Assembly: GCA_044229975.1 (NCBI GenBank)
Contig: JBGARZ010000002.1
Span: 576,001 to 640,000, forward strand
Direction: 5' to 3'
DNA: 64,000 nucleotides
Source: Polyangiales bacterium
GTDB lineage: Bacteria > Myxococcota_A > Polyangia > Polyangiales > Ga0077539
A program made the translations under genes and the position numbers. Below are positions 27,361 through 37,882 of this stretch, piece after piece. Position 1 is the stretch's first letter. The number at the start of each line of letters is the position of its first letter. Below the pieces are notes generated by a model that was given only the letters and a program-made list of their open reading frames with translations, was not told the DNA's origin and made no database searches.

Positions 27361-28347
27361 ATGCTTCCGACGAGATCCCTCCCCGGCTTGATGTTGCTGA
27401 TCGTTCTCGCAGGCTGCGCCACGCAGAGCGCCCAGGGGGACGACGGCCTCGGCAATGACGTTCCGACCAAGCCCGAAGACAGCGGCGAGCCCACCGTCGA
27501 CGTCACCGTCCCCGACATGGACTCTGGTCAACCGGACGACAGCGCGACCGACCCCGACACCGGCTCGAAGGAGGCCGACACCGGGACGCCCATCACCGAC
27601 CGGGGCGGCAACGTGACCGACACCCAGGTCGCGCGCGACGAGGGCTTGCCGACCGATCGCGGCACCGCCAACTGCGCCGCGCAGTCCAACTGCACCGCCT
27701 GCACGGCCTTTCCCTCGTGCGGCTGGTGTGCGGTCACCGGGCGCTGCGTCGACGGAACCGCCACCGGCCCCGTCGGCGGAACCTGCGCGATGGGCTGGGC
27801 GTGGATCGCCTCCGCCTGCACCTCGGTCGATCCGTGCGCGGCATCGACAACGTGCACCACCTGCGCGACCCAGGCGGGCTGCGGCTGGTGCGGCGCCACC
27901 GGCCGGTGCGTAACCGCCAACACCGCGGACACAGGACCCGCGACGGGCGTGTGCGCCTCCGCGTGGGCGGGCACCACCGCGGCGTGCACCGTTGCGCCGC
28001 CCGACCCGTGCAACGCCAACACCGACTGCTACTCGTGTGGCCAGGCGAGCGCTTGCGGCTGGTGTCGCGCGACCAACCGCTGCATGACGGGCACGTCCAC
28101 CGGCCCCAATCCCATCTACGGCGCGTGCACCAACTGGGCGTTTCTCTCCAGCCAGTGCACGCCCGCGGTGACCGACCCATGCCGCACCAGCAACGGCGAT
28201 TGCAGCAGCTGCGTGGGCCGGAGTCAGTGCGGGTTCTGCCGCGACACGAACACCTGCCACACCGGTAGCTCCGGCGGTCCGACCGACCGCGCCTGCCGCA
28301 GCGGGCGCTGGTACTGGGACCCGTTTCTCGGCATCTGCTTCTCGTAG
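27361..28347 (+). CDS. Cys-rich lipoprotein with four PSI (plexin)-like repeats
   Basis: Lipobox LAGC; acidic stalk; 4x C-x5/6-C-x2-C-x5-CG[WF]C-x5-C. Confidence 0.8.
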   Translation: MLPTRSLPGLMLLIVLAGCATQSAQGDDGLGNDVPTKPEDSGEPTVDVTVPDMDSGQPDDSATDPDTGSKEADTGTPITDRGGNVTDTQVARDEGLPTDRGTANCAAQSNCTACTAFPSCGWCAVTGRCVDGTATGPVGGTCAMGWAWIASACTSVDPCAASTTCTTCATQAGCGWCGATGRCVTANTADTGPATGVCASAWAGTTAACTVAPPDPCNANTDCYSCGQASACGWCRATNRCMTGTSTGPNPIYGACTNWAFLSSQCTPAVTDPCRTSNGDCSSCVGRSQCGFCRDTNTCHTGSSGGPTDRACRSGRWYWDPFLGICFS

Positions 28348-28408
28348 ACCCGACGCGCGACCCGCCCGTCTCCAGCGAACCCCAACCCCACCGCTGGAGG
28401 TCTCCCCG

Positions 28409-29830
28409 ATGGCTCGTCGCTCGACCTTTCTCCTCGTCCTCTCCCTCGTGGCGCCCGCGTGCGCCTCCACCGCCAACGCCCAGAACGCCACCCTCGTCAC
28501 CCGCACCGGCACCCTCGCCAACCACACCGCCGTCGCGGGCAGCACCGTGGAGTGGTTTCAGGGCGCGCCCGTGCGCTCGCGCGTCGTCGTCGGCGCCGAC
28601 GGTGAGACCTACGTCGGCCTCTGGATCGACGCGCCCACCGTCCAGACCGGGGCTCAGCGACTGCCGCTCGACGTCGCCCTCGTCGTCGACACGTCGGGCT
28701 CCATGAGCGGCGCGAAGATCAACTCGGCTCGCCTCGCGGCCGCGAGCTTCATCGACAACCTCGCCCAGGGCGACATCGTCTCGCTCTACTCGTTCTCCGA
28801 TGGCGTGCAGGAGCTCTCGCCTCCGGTGGTCGTCGACGACGCCACCCGCGCCGCGCTCCTCGCCCGCGTGCAGCGACTCTATGCGAGCGGCGGAACCAAC
28901 CTCTGGGGCGGCCTCCAGGCAGGTCAGGCCGCGACCGCGATGGCCCCTGCCTCGCACCCCGTGCGCCGTGTGGTGGTCATCTCCGACGGTCGCGCCAACG
29001 TTGGCCCGTCGTCGGCTGGTGAGTTCGGTGATCTCGCCGCGGGCTCCACGGAAAACGGCACCCAGATCACGGCCATCGGCGTCGGCCTCGACTACGACGA
29101 GAACACCCTCGGCGCCCTCGCCGTGCGCAGCGCCGGGCGCCTCTACCACCTCGAACAGCCCGAGCAGATGGCGATCATCCTCCAGGACGAGCTCCAGATG
29201 CTGTCGCGCACCGTCGCCACCAACGCGGTGATCGAGTTTGTCCCCGCCGAGGGCGTGGTGGTCGAACCCACCGATCAGCTCCGCGTCGACCGCTCGGGCG
29301 TTGGCATCCGCATCCCCGTCGGCAGCCTCTACTCCGCGCAGCATCGCGAGGTGCTCCTGCGCGCGCGGGTCGCTGGCGCCAACACGGGCACCCGCGACAT
29401 CGGCAACGCCCGGCTCGTCTACCGTAGCCCCGGCGCCTCGGCCGCACCGCAGCAGTCGCGCGTGGTGCCCATCTCGCTGGAGTTCGTTCGCAGTGATGCG
29501 GACTCGGCGCCGACGGCCAACGAGCGCGTGACGGCCATGGTGACCCGCTTCGAGGCCGCGCAGTCGCAGATGCGCGCCGCGCAGGCACTCGCCGAGGGCA
29601 ACGCCGCTCGCGCCGAGGCCGAGCTCCAGCGAGCCGAGGCGAACCTCCGCACGGCCGCGAGCGTTCACTTCAGCGACGAGCGCGTGCAGGGGCAACTGTT
29701 GCAGCAGGCCCAGGGGGTCTCCGCCGGTCGCGCCGCCGTCCGCCGCGCGCAGGCCGCGCCGTCGCCCTCCACCATGCGGGGCGCTTCGCTGCAAAACCGT
29801 TCGTCCGCGATGGACGCCTACGGCTACTGA
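28409..29830 (+). CDS. exported VWA-domain protein
   Basis: VVDTSGSM (MIDAS), GGTN, ISDGRAN and IGVGLDYDE motifs; GGAGG RBS. Confidence 0.9.
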   Translation: MARRSTFLLVLSLVAPACASTANAQNATLVTRTGTLANHTAVAGSTVEWFQGAPVRSRVVVGADGETYVGLWIDAPTVQTGAQRLPLDVALVVDTSGSMSGAKINSARLAAASFIDNLAQGDIVSLYSFSDGVQELSPPVVVDDATRAALLARVQRLYASGGTNLWGGLQAGQAATAMAPASHPVRRVVVISDGRANVGPSSAGEFGDLAAGSTENGTQITAIGVGLDYDENTLGALAVRSAGRLYHLEQPEQMAIILQDELQMLSRTVATNAVIEFVPAEGVVVEPTDQLRVDRSGVGIRIPVGSLYSAQHREVLLRARVAGANTGTRDIGNARLVYRSPGASAAPQQSRVVPISLEFVRSDADSAPTANERVTAMVTRFEAAQSQMRAAQALAEGNAARAEAELQRAEANLRTAASVHFSDERVQGQLLQQAQGVSAGRAAVRRAQAAPSPSTMRGASLQNRSSAMDAYGY

Positions 29831-29912
29831 GCGCTGACGCGGCGCGGTCGGTGCGAGGGCGTTCGGGCGAGGAGTTCCCTCGCGGTCCGCGTCGTGCCAC
29901 GCTCGGACGCCC

Positions 29913-31322
29913 ATGGGAGTCGCGAGGCAAGTAGTGGGGCTCCTTGCGATGACCGCGGCGCTGGTCGGCGGGTGCGCGGTCGGCAGCGACACCGGAGACA
30001 GCCCGCCCGACTCCGGCGCCGAAGAGGCCGCCGTCGAGTGGGACGCGAAGGATGAGCCCGTCGAACCAGAGGACGCGGGGATCGATGTGCCCAAGCCCAT
30101 CGACGTGCTCACCATCGACGACCGCGGCTTCGACGCGAGCGCGGATGGCGGCGGTCAGGGCGTCGACGTGCAGCCCGATGCAGTGTTCATCGACAGGCCG
30201 ATGGACATCCCCACCGACGCTGGTTTCGATGCGGGCTTCGACGTCAGGGAGGCCGCGGTCGACAGCGGCACCACCACCACCGATGCAGGTGGGCGACAGT
30301 GCCCCACCGGGATGTTCGTCACCGGGATCGCTACGGGCGGCGCGCTCGTCTGCTCCGACCTCGCCGATGCTGTACGGCGCTACGTCGATGGGAGCTGCCG
30401 GGTGCACCTCGGATGGCAGGACTCATGTAACGGCTGCTCGGGTCCTCCGACGAAGTGGGGATCGGTCGGCGCGTCGACGTGCGCGATCGGACGCGGGGCC
30501 GACAACTCGTGCATCGCCGCGCCGGCTGGCGCTGCGCCGGTGCAGCTCCTTGGCGTGAACCCCGACGGCGACCTCGACGACAACGACGTCCTCTACGCGG
30601 GCATCACGTGCTCGGCGCCCGCGGTCCCGGCGCGCTCCGGTGGTTGCCCGGCGGGGCAGTTTGCGACCGGCTTCGACGCGTCGGGACAGCCGCTCTGTGC
30701 CGCGCCCGACCCGGCCGCGCGCACCGCGATCGGGCGCGACTGCTTCCTCTACGGCGGCTGGAGGGACGAGTGCCCCGCGTGCACCGTCACGCCGCCCACC
30801 AAGTGGGACCGCGTGAACGACACGCGCTGCGACAACCTCGTGGGCCCCAACGGCGACACCTGCACGCTGCCATCACTCGGCGGCACCACGGTTCGCATGC
30901 TCGGGCTCGACTTCGACGGCGACGTGAACAACGACGACCAGATCTACATGGGCCTGCGCTGCGAGGCGTCGGGCGGCACGCAAGGGAGCGGCGCCGTCAC
31001 TGGCTGCCAGCGCGATGAAGCGGCCTATGGGATCGGTAGCAACGGCGCGCTGCTCTGCGCGCCCGTCGCTCCGGCGGTGCACACATACTTCGCGTCGAGC
31101 TGCTACCTGTACCTCGGCTGGCAGGACTCGTGCGGCGGCTGCACCCGGCCGCCGGTGAAGTGGGGGCGCGTGAGCCCGACGATGTGCTCCAACGGAGCGG
31201 GCGCCAACAACACCTGCACGACGCAGACGCTCGGGGGCACGTCGCTGCCGATGTTCGGCCTGAACTTCGACGGCGACGTCGATGACAACGACCTGCTCAA
31301 CCTCGGGATGCACTGTTTCTGA
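29913..31322 (+). CDS. Cys-rich lipoprotein with three ~115-aa repeats carrying DGDxxxxD motifs
   Basis: Lipobox VGGC; 3x [C..G(W/GW).D.C..C...P.KW..V....C...G(L/V)(N/D)(F/P)DGD(L/V)xxxD]. Confidence 0.8.
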   Translation: MGVARQVVGLLAMTAALVGGCAVGSDTGDSPPDSGAEEAAVEWDAKDEPVEPEDAGIDVPKPIDVLTIDDRGFDASADGGGQGVDVQPDAVFIDRPMDIPTDAGFDAGFDVREAAVDSGTTTTDAGGRQCPTGMFVTGIATGGALVCSDLADAVRRYVDGSCRVHLGWQDSCNGCSGPPTKWGSVGASTCAIGRGADNSCIAAPAGAAPVQLLGVNPDGDLDDNDVLYAGITCSAPAVPARSGGCPAGQFATGFDASGQPLCAAPDPAARTAIGRDCFLYGGWRDECPACTVTPPTKWDRVNDTRCDNLVGPNGDTCTLPSLGGTTVRMLGLDFDGDVNNDDQIYMGLRCEASGGTQGSGAVTGCQRDEAAYGIGSNGALLCAPVAPAVHTYFASSCYLYLGWQDSCGGCTRPPVKWGRVSPTMCSNGAGANNTCTTQTLGGTSLPMFGLNFDGDVDDNDLLNLGMHCF

Positions 31323-31396
31323 CCATCGACTGCGAGGCGCGTCGAATCAGCCGCTCACCGCGGATCGCATCATCGTCGTTCGGGTACCCTGGGCGC

Positions 31397-32266
31397 GTGG
31401 GTCCCGCTGCCTCCGCACGACGGCTGATGCTCGCCTTCGCCCTCGCGGTGATCGGGTGCGTACGCGACGACTGGACGACGGTGTCGCGTCGAGACGCGGG
31501 CTCGGACACCGTCACGAGCGCGACGCTCGACGTGCCGCCCGACGAAACAGGGAGCGGCTGCCGCTGCTGTCGAGGAGCATCGAGTTGCGGCGGCGCGTGT
31601 GTCGACGCCCTCGCACACCTGTACCGCGGCGAGGGCGACGCGTTCGATAGCGTCGGGTCAGAGCACGCGACGCGGAGCAACGCGGGCTTCGCGAGCGGTC
31701 ACGACGGGCAGGCGTTCACCTTCGGAGGTGGTTTCGCGCGGCCGCTGCAGTACGTGACCCTCCCGCCCGGGGTGCTCGACTTCGACGACGGAGATTTCAC
31801 GGTCTCGCTGTGGTTCAAGTCGACGCTCCACGGCGACCTGATCTCGAAGCGCGCCGCATGCTGGGGTGGTCTCCCGTTTACCGGGTTGGACCTCCGACTC
31901 GATAGCGCGGGTGAGGTCTTGATCGACGCCTGGACCCAGACCCACCGGTTCGAGCACCGCACCATGGCCGGGCTCAACGACGGGGTCTGGCACCACGTCG
32001 CGATTGTCCGCAGCGGCGCTGCCCTCAGTCTCCACGTCGACGGCGTGAGTGCCCTGACGGGACCGCTCCCCGGGTTGATGCGCGACCCCACCAACACGCC
32101 GGTGTACCTGGGCGTCGGTCGATGCGTCGCGGGAGCGCCGGGCGCGAACATCAACTCCGACGGCACGACCTGGCTCGACGGGAGCATCGACGAGGTCGCC
32201 GTTCTGCATCGGGCGATGTCGTCGGCCGAGCTGCTCGACGTCGCGCAGGGCCGCTGCTCGCCCTAA
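31397..32266 (+). CDS. LamG/concanavalin-like domain lipoprotein
   Basis: Lipobox-like VIGC; DFTVSLWFK, DGVWHHVAIVR, LHVDG and GSIDEVAV motifs. Confidence 0.85.
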   Translation: MGPAASARRLMLAFALAVIGCVRDDWTTVSRRDAGSDTVTSATLDVPPDETGSGCRCCRGASSCGGACVDALAHLYRGEGDAFDSVGSEHATRSNAGFASGHDGQAFTFGGGFARPLQYVTLPPGVLDFDDGDFTVSLWFKSTLHGDLISKRAACWGGLPFTGLDLRLDSAGEVLIDAWTQTHRFEHRTMAGLNDGVWHHVAIVRSGAALSLHVDGVSALTGPLPGLMRDPTNTPVYLGVGRCVAGAPGANINSDGTTWLDGSIDEVAVLHRAMSSAELLDVAQGRCSP

Positions 32267-33279
32267 CCGAAGGAGGCCACCACGGCCGCGTGATCGGACT
32301 CGACGTCCTCGCGCCCCTCGGCTCCGCCGTCCTTCAGCGTCTCGTTGAGCACCCGCGCCGAGCGAAACCTCCGCCACAGCGCGCGGCTCACCAGTATGTG
32401 ATCGAACTGCTGCCCTGCCCCGCGATGGACGATGGTGTACCGCTGCTCGGGCGGGACGCTCTTGGCGCAGTGCTGGAGAATCCCGCGCTCCAGCGAGGCG
32501 ATCTGTTCGAGGTCGGCGTGCCGACCGCGGGGCATCTCCGCGAGCTCACCGGCGACGGCGCGCACCACGGAGGCCTCGGGCGGGTCGTTGAAGTCACCGA
32601 GCACCGCGAGCTGCACGTTGGGCTCGCGCATCAATCGAGCGTCGACGCGGGAGCGCAGGTGCAGCGCTTCGGCGAGGCGCATCACCGTGGCGCGCGCAGC
32701 GCCTTCGGCCCAGGCGTAGTGACCGGCGTCGCCCGTGGGGTCACCCCCGGCGTCGACCTTCGGCACGGGCCGCGCCGACTTCAGGTGCACCACCATCAGC
32801 ACCATCGAGGTGTGGTCGGGCAGCGTGACGGTGACCTCCAGCACGCCGCGCTTGGACTGGATGCGAGACCCGAAGGGCCGCGCGTCGCCCTCCGCGAAGA
32901 CCGGGAAGGCGAGCTCGCCCGCGCCGTGGGTCTCCACCGACGTGATGGGGAAGCGCGAGAGCACGCCGCACGCGATGCCGCGGCTGTCGGCGACGCCCGC
33001 GACGGCCGGGAGGTAGCGCTTGTCGCCGAGGTGCGAGCGCAGCGCGTCGAGCACGTGGGCGCCTTCGACCTCCTGGAACGCGATGACGTCGGCGTCGGTG
33101 CGCGAGACCACCGAGGCGATGGCGTCGAGCTTGCGCTGGAAGAGCGTGCGCGCGCGGCGCTGCGCCCAGATGCCGAAGCCCTCGCGGTCGAGCTGACCGA
33201 TGACGTGGGGGACGGCGTCGTCGAAGAAGTCCCGGCAGTTGAACGTCGCGATGCGGAAGTCCACGCGCTCGTCTCCCAC
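32263..33279 (-). CDS. endonuclease/exonuclease/phosphatase family protein
   Basis: IATFN, AFQEVE, HLKS, LGDFND, DHILVS and SDH motifs. Confidence 0.9.
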   Translation of the reverse strand: MGDERVDFRIATFNCRDFFDDAVPHVIGQLDREGFGIWAQRRARTLFQRKLDAIASVVSRTDADVIAFQEVEGAHVLDALRSHLGDKRYLPAVAGVADSRGIACGVLSRFPITSVETHGAGELAFPVFAEGDARPFGSRIQSKRGVLEVTVTLPDHTSMVLMVVHLKSARPVPKVDAGGDPTGDAGHYAWAEGAARATVMRLAEALHLRSRVDARLMREPNVQLAVLGDFNDPPEASVVRAVAGELAEMPRGRHADLEQIASLERGILQHCAKSVPPEQRYTIVHRGAGQQFDHILVSRALWRRFRSARVLNETLKDGGAEGREDVESDHAAVVASFG

Positions 33280-33283
33280 GCGC

Positions 33284-34549
33284 TCAGGTCGCCCCGCGGA
33301 CCTGGCCCGCGCCGCGCACCACGAACTTCTCCGCCGTCAGCTCGCGCGCCGACATCGGACCGAAGGCGTGCATGCGGCTGGTCGAGATGCCGATCTCCGC
33401 GCCGAGCCCTAGCTCGCCGCCGTCGTTGAAGCGGGTGGACGCGTTGCGCAGCACGCACGACGCCGTCACCTCGCGCAGGAAGCGCTCGCCCGCCTCGTCG
33501 TCAGCAGTGACAATGGCGGCGCTGTGCTCGGTGCCGTGCACAGCGATGTGGGCGAGTGCCTCGTCGAGCCCGTCGACGCAGCGCACGGCGAGAACGAGGC
33601 CGAGGTACTCGGTGTTCCAGTCGTCGGGGGTCGCGGCGATGGAGGGGACGTCTGCGTGGGTGAGCACGGCGCGCGCGGCCTCGTCGGCGCGAATCTCCAC
33701 GCCCGCTACGCTGAGGCGACGACCGAGGTCGGGGAGGAAGCTCGCCGCGACGGCGCGGTGCACCAGCAGCGTCTCCATCGCGTTGCACACGCCGGGTCGC
33801 TGGACCTTCGCATTGAAGACGATGTCCGAGGCCATGGCGAGGTCGGCCGCGCCATCGACGTAGACGTGGCAGACGCCCGCGCCGTGGCGGATGACGGGCA
33901 CGCGGGCGTGGGCGTCGACGAAGGCCATGAGCGCCGCTCCGCCGCGAGGGATGGCGAGGTCGACGCGCCCGGTGGCCTGGAGGAGCTCGGTGACGAGCGC
34001 GCGGTCGGGGTCGGTGATGAGACAGACGGCGTCGGCGTCGAGGCCCGCGTCGGTGACGCCCGCGCGCACGGCCTCGGCGAGCGCGGTGTTGGAGCGGAGT
34101 GCCTCGCTGCCGCCGCGGAGCACCACGGCGTTGCCCGATCGGAGGGCGATGGCGGCGCTCTCGACGGTGACGTTGGGGCGCGCCTCGTAGATGACGGCGA
34201 CGACACCGAGGGGGATGCGTCGGCGTGAGACGCGCAGGCCGTTGGGGCGAGTGCCGAGCGAGCGCTCCTCGTCGAGGGGGTCGGGCATCGCGGCGATCTC
34301 GCGGACCGACGCGACGACGCCGTCGAGGCGCGAGGGCGTGAGGGCGAGGCGGTCGCGCATGGCGGCCGAGAGGTCGGTGGCGAGGCGGAGGTCTTCGGCG
34401 TTGGCCGCGAGGATGGCCTCACGCCGGGCTGGCGCGGCGAGGGCGCGGGCGATGGACTCCAGCGCGGCGGTGCGACGGTCGGCGGTGGTGCGTGCGAGGG
34501 CCCGTTGGGCGGCGCGCGCGCTGGCGAGGAGCGGATCGAGGGACGCCAT
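33284..34549 (-). CDS. proA: gamma-glutamyl phosphate reductase
   Basis: PLGVVAVIYEARPNVT, PRGG, CNAMETLLVH and NASTRFNDGGELGLGAEIGIST motifs. Start re-picked at MASLDP. Confidence 0.95.
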   Translation of the reverse strand: MASLDPLLASARAAQRALARTTADRRTAALESIARALAAPARREAILAANAEDLRLATDLSAAMRDRLALTPSRLDGVVASVREIAAMPDPLDEERSLGTRPNGLRVSRRRIPLGVVAVIYEARPNVTVESAAIALRSGNAVVLRGGSEALRSNTALAEAVRAGVTDAGLDADAVCLITDPDRALVTELLQATGRVDLAIPRGGAALMAFVDAHARVPVIRHGAGVCHVYVDGAADLAMASDIVFNAKVQRPGVCNAMETLLVHRAVAASFLPDLGRRLSVAGVEIRADEAARAVLTHADVPSIAATPDDWNTEYLGLVLAVRCVDGLDEALAHIAVHGTEHSAAIVTADDEAGERFLREVTASCVLRNASTRFNDGGELGLGAEIGISTSRMHAFGPMSARELTAEKFVVRGAGQVRGAT

Positions 34550-34604
34550 GGTCAAGGCACCGTACCACCAACGACCGCGGCGGCGTGCGGTACCATCCGC
34601 GGCC

Positions 34605-35321
34605 ATGAGCGACGAGACCGCGGCCACGACGACCCACCCGGACGAACCCTCCATCACCGTTCGGCGCATCCATCGGCGCGACCTCAACAAGTCGTGGGAG
34701 TTCTTGAAGCTGTGCTTCCGCCTCGTGAACCGCGAGACGCTGGAGTACCAGCGGCCCCGCTCGAAGCGACGCTTCCTGGAGGTGTACGAGGAGGAGGGGG
34801 TCGAGCAGCTCCTCTTCGAGGTGGCGGGGGCGGACGGGGCGGAGATCGTCGCGTACGCGGAGTGCGCCTTCGAGATCACCGGCTCGGACAACTGGATGAA
34901 CGAGAGCTTCTTCACGCGGCGCGACATGCGGCCGATGTTCGTCGAGGAGCTCGCCGTGCATCCCGGGTATCAGGGACGCGGCGTGGGCAGCTTCGCGCTC
35001 GAACAGCTCGAACACCTCGCGCGAGTACGGGGCTGCACGCACCTCGTGCTGGAGGTCGCCGAGAACAACAAGAACGCGCTGAAGTTCTATCGGGGCAGGC
35101 ACTTCCAGAAGCTGGACGCGGCGGTGTTCATGGCGAAGCGCGTGAACAGCGACGACGAGTTGCTGCCGCCGCGGCCGCTCAAGCACCGACAGGTGACCGA
35201 GAGCGTCAAGGTCACGAAGCCGACGAAGTCCGCGAAGCCGACGAAGGTGACGCCGAGCGCGAAGAAGCCGGGGCGCGCGACGAAGACGGTCGTCGTCGCC
35301 GTGTCGAAGAAGAAGGGCTGA
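34605..35321 (+). CDS. GNAT acetyltransferase with Lys-rich C-terminal tail
   Basis: LAVHPGYQGRGVG (motif A) and NKNALKFY. Confidence 0.85.
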   Translation: MSDETAATTTHPDEPSITVRRIHRRDLNKSWEFLKLCFRLVNRETLEYQRPRSKRRFLEVYEEEGVEQLLFEVAGADGAEIVAYAECAFEITGSDNWMNESFFTRRDMRPMFVEELAVHPGYQGRGVGSFALEQLEHLARVRGCTHLVLEVAENNKNALKFYRGRHFQKLDAAVFMAKRVNSDDELLPPRPLKHRQVTESVKVTKPTKSAKPTKVTPSAKKPGRATKTVVVAVSKKKG

Positions 35322-35324
35322 GGG

Positions 35325-35573
35325 TCAGAACGGGTCGCGGCGGACGGCCTGAACCACCGTCGGCGTGAACGATCGCCGCGGGTCGGCGGGCACGTACCGC
35401 GGCGCGCTGCGGGTGTGGATCCAGAAGTACGGGTGGGCGATCACGCCGTCGACGGGGATCACGGGCGCGTCGAAGCGGGAGCGTGGACGCGGTGCCGTGG
35501 CAGCGGGCGGGGTCTGCGCGAAGGAGAGGGTTGGGAAGAGGCAGAGGGCGGCGGCCAGTGCGAGGGTCTTCAT
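35325..35573 (-). CDS. small exported protein, CglF/GltF-like
   Basis: Signal peptide; IPVDGVIAHP...RRSFTPTVVQAVRRDPF resembles myxobacterial CglF-type small proteins (from recall). Confidence 0.5.
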   Translation of the reverse strand: MKTLALAAALCLFPTLSFAQTPPAATAPRPRSRFDAPVIPVDGVIAHPYFWIHTRSAPRYVPADPRRSFTPTVVQAVRRDPF

Positions 35574-35616
35574 GGGGCCATGAAGACGCGCGGCCTCCGT
35601 GGAGGATCTACGCGAT

Positions 35617-37782
35617 CTACAGGGTGTAGTGGACGGAGGTGCCGCGCTCGCCGACGGCCCAGATGTCCGTGGCCGACGAGCCCCAGATGCTGCGCAACGT
35701 CTCGGTGGTGCCCGACGGGACGGACGACCAGCGAGCGCCATCCCAGTGGAGGATGGTGCCGCCCTCGCCCACGGCCCACACGTCGTTGGCGGAGGTTCCC
35801 CACACGCCGTAGAGCGTCGACAGCGAGCCGGTGAGCACGTTCGACCACGCGGAGCCCGTCCAGTGGCGCGCGGCGCTGCGACCGACGAGCCAGATGTCGT
35901 TGGGCCCGGAGCCCCAGATGCCGAAGTAGGACGAGGTCCCGGCCGCGGTGTCGGCTGACCATGTGGTGCCGTTCCAGCGGTAGACGCCGGCGCCCACGGC
36001 GCGCACATCGGTCGGTGAGGCGCCCCACACGGCGTAGAGTTCCTGGTTGGTGGGGATGCCGGTGGAGATGTTGGACCAGCGGGTGCCGTCGAAGCGCGCC
36101 GCGGCGCCGACGCCGACCGCGAAGACGTTGTTGGTCGACTCGGCCCACAGCGCGACGAGCTCCAGCGTCGGCAGCGGCATCGACTGCGTGAACATCCCGG
36201 CGCCCTGGAGGAACACCCCGACGCCGCGCTTGCCCGACCCGTCCGTCGGAATCGTGAGTCCCGAGATGAACACCGTGGTCGCCGACCCGGTGATGCCACG
36301 CAGGATCAGCGGATACGCCGTCCTCGACCACGCCGAGCCGTTCCAGATGGCGAGCGTGCGGGCGGCCACCGCGCCGACGAGGTTGGGCGCCGCGCCCCAG
36401 ATGCCCGTAAAGGTCTCCGTCGATCCCGTCGGAACCGCCGTCCAGTGCCCCGGCACCATCGCGCCCGGCGGAACATCCGTCGGCACTCCGCCGTCCGTCG
36501 TCGTCGGCCCACCGGGGATCGGGTCGAAGCCGCGTACGCGACCCAGCGCCTGCCCCGTCGGCGGATTGCTGATCTCACCGCGCCCGAGCTGACCGTTGGC
36601 GTCGCCGCCCCAGCAGACGACCTCACCCGTTCCGCGCACGGCGCACGCGAAGTCCGCCCCGACGCTCAACTGAAACGCGTTGGCCAGACCCGTCACCGCC
36701 GCGGGCGTCGCGCGATCGCGCGCCATGCCGTCGCCGAGCTGCCCCGCCGTCCCCTGCCCCCAGCACTGCACCGCGCCCGATCGCTGCCGCGCGCAGGTCT
36801 CGCGCCCACCCGCGGCGACCTCCACCACGTTGGCCAGACCCGTCACAGCGACCGGCGCCGCGCGGTCGGCCATCGCGCCGTCGCCGAGCTGACCGAGCGT
36901 CCCGTTGCCCCAGCACGACACCTCGCCCGAGGCGCGCACCGCGCACGAGTGACCGATGCCTGCGCTCACGCCGACCGCGTCGACGAGCCCCGACACCACC
37001 ACCGGCGTCGCGCTGTTGCCCATGGTGCCGTTTCCGAGCTGGCCCTTCTCGTTGTAGCCCCAGCAGAGCACCGCGCCGTTGGCGCGCACCGCGCACGTGT
37101 GCTGCCTGCCCGCCGCGATGCTCGTCACGTCGTCGGCGCCGCTCACCAGGGTCGGGCGCGCGCGGTCGGACATCGTGGAGTCGCCCACCTGACCGACGGT
37201 GTTCTGTCCCCAGCAGGTGACCTGGCCCGAGCGGCGCAGCACGCAGGTGTGCGTCTCGCCGACGGCGACCTGCGTGGCGTCCTCGATCTGCACGACCTCG
37301 ACGGGCGCGAGGCGATCGAGCTGCGTGCCGTCGCCGAGCTGACCGTTGCGGTTGGTGCCCCAGCACATCACGCGACCGGTGGCGCGCACCGCGCACGCGT
37401 GAAAGCTGCTGATGGCGACCTGCACCGCGTCGCTGATGCCCGCCACGTTGACGGCCGCCGCGCGGGTCATGGTGGTGCCGTCGCCGAGCACGCCGCTGCG
37501 GTTGCTGCCCCAGCAGCGGATCGTTCCGTCAGGGCGGCGGGCGCAGGCCGAGGCGTTGCCCGCGGAGACCTGAACGCCACCACCGTCGGTTCGCATCGAG
37601 GTCGGTCCCGCGTCGCCGGGAGGGTTGGTGCTTCCGCGGTCGGTCATGGTCGAGACGCCGCCGTCGGTGCGGGTCACGGTGCCGTCATCGTTGGGCACCG
37701 TCATGAGCACCGGGTCACCCGGCGAACAGCTCATCATCGACAGCAGCGAGGCGCCCATCCAGCGAAGCGTTGAGGTCTTCAT
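35617..37782 (-). CDS. RCC1-repeat protein plus C-terminal WGxxxxDVWAVG beta-propeller, probable lipoprotein
   Basis: About 7 HxC...CWGxNxxGQLGDG repeats, followed by repeated IWGSxxxDIWAVG. Confidence 0.9.
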   Translation of the reverse strand: MKTSTLRWMGASLLSMMSCSPGDPVLMTVPNDDGTVTRTDGGVSTMTDRGSTNPPGDAGPTSMRTDGGGVQVSAGNASACARRPDGTIRCWGSNRSGVLGDGTTMTRAAAVNVAGISDAVQVAISSFHACAVRATGRVMCWGTNRNGQLGDGTQLDRLAPVEVVQIEDATQVAVGETHTCVLRRSGQVTCWGQNTVGQVGDSTMSDRARPTLVSGADDVTSIAAGRQHTCAVRANGAVLCWGYNEKGQLGNGTMGNSATPVVVSGLVDAVGVSAGIGHSCAVRASGEVSCWGNGTLGQLGDGAMADRAAPVAVTGLANVVEVAAGGRETCARQRSGAVQCWGQGTAGQLGDGMARDRATPAAVTGLANAFQLSVGADFACAVRGTGEVVCWGGDANGQLGRGEISNPPTGQALGRVRGFDPIPGGPTTTDGGVPTDVPPGAMVPGHWTAVPTGSTETFTGIWGAAPNLVGAVAARTLAIWNGSAWSRTAYPLILRGITGSATTVFISGLTIPTDGSGKRGVGVFLQGAGMFTQSMPLPTLELVALWAESTNNVFAVGVGAAARFDGTRWSNISTGIPTNQELYAVWGASPTDVRAVGAGVYRWNGTTWSADTAAGTSSYFGIWGSGPNDIWLVGRSAARHWTGSAWSNVLTGSLSTLYGVWGTSANDVWAVGEGGTILHWDGARWSSVPSGTTETLRSIWGSSATDIWAVGERGTSVHYTL

Positions 37783-37882
37783 GATCGGTAGGGGCGCGAC
37801 CTTACCGCGCAGCACCAGCGCCCGGAAACGGTGGCCTGCCAAAAGGTGTCCCCGGAGTGATGCGCCCGCGTACGATGCCGCC

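Noticed and set aside
29888..29900. TGGCACG on the minus strand as a sigma-54 site
   Set aside because: No -12 element at the right spacing, and it points away from the downstream gene.
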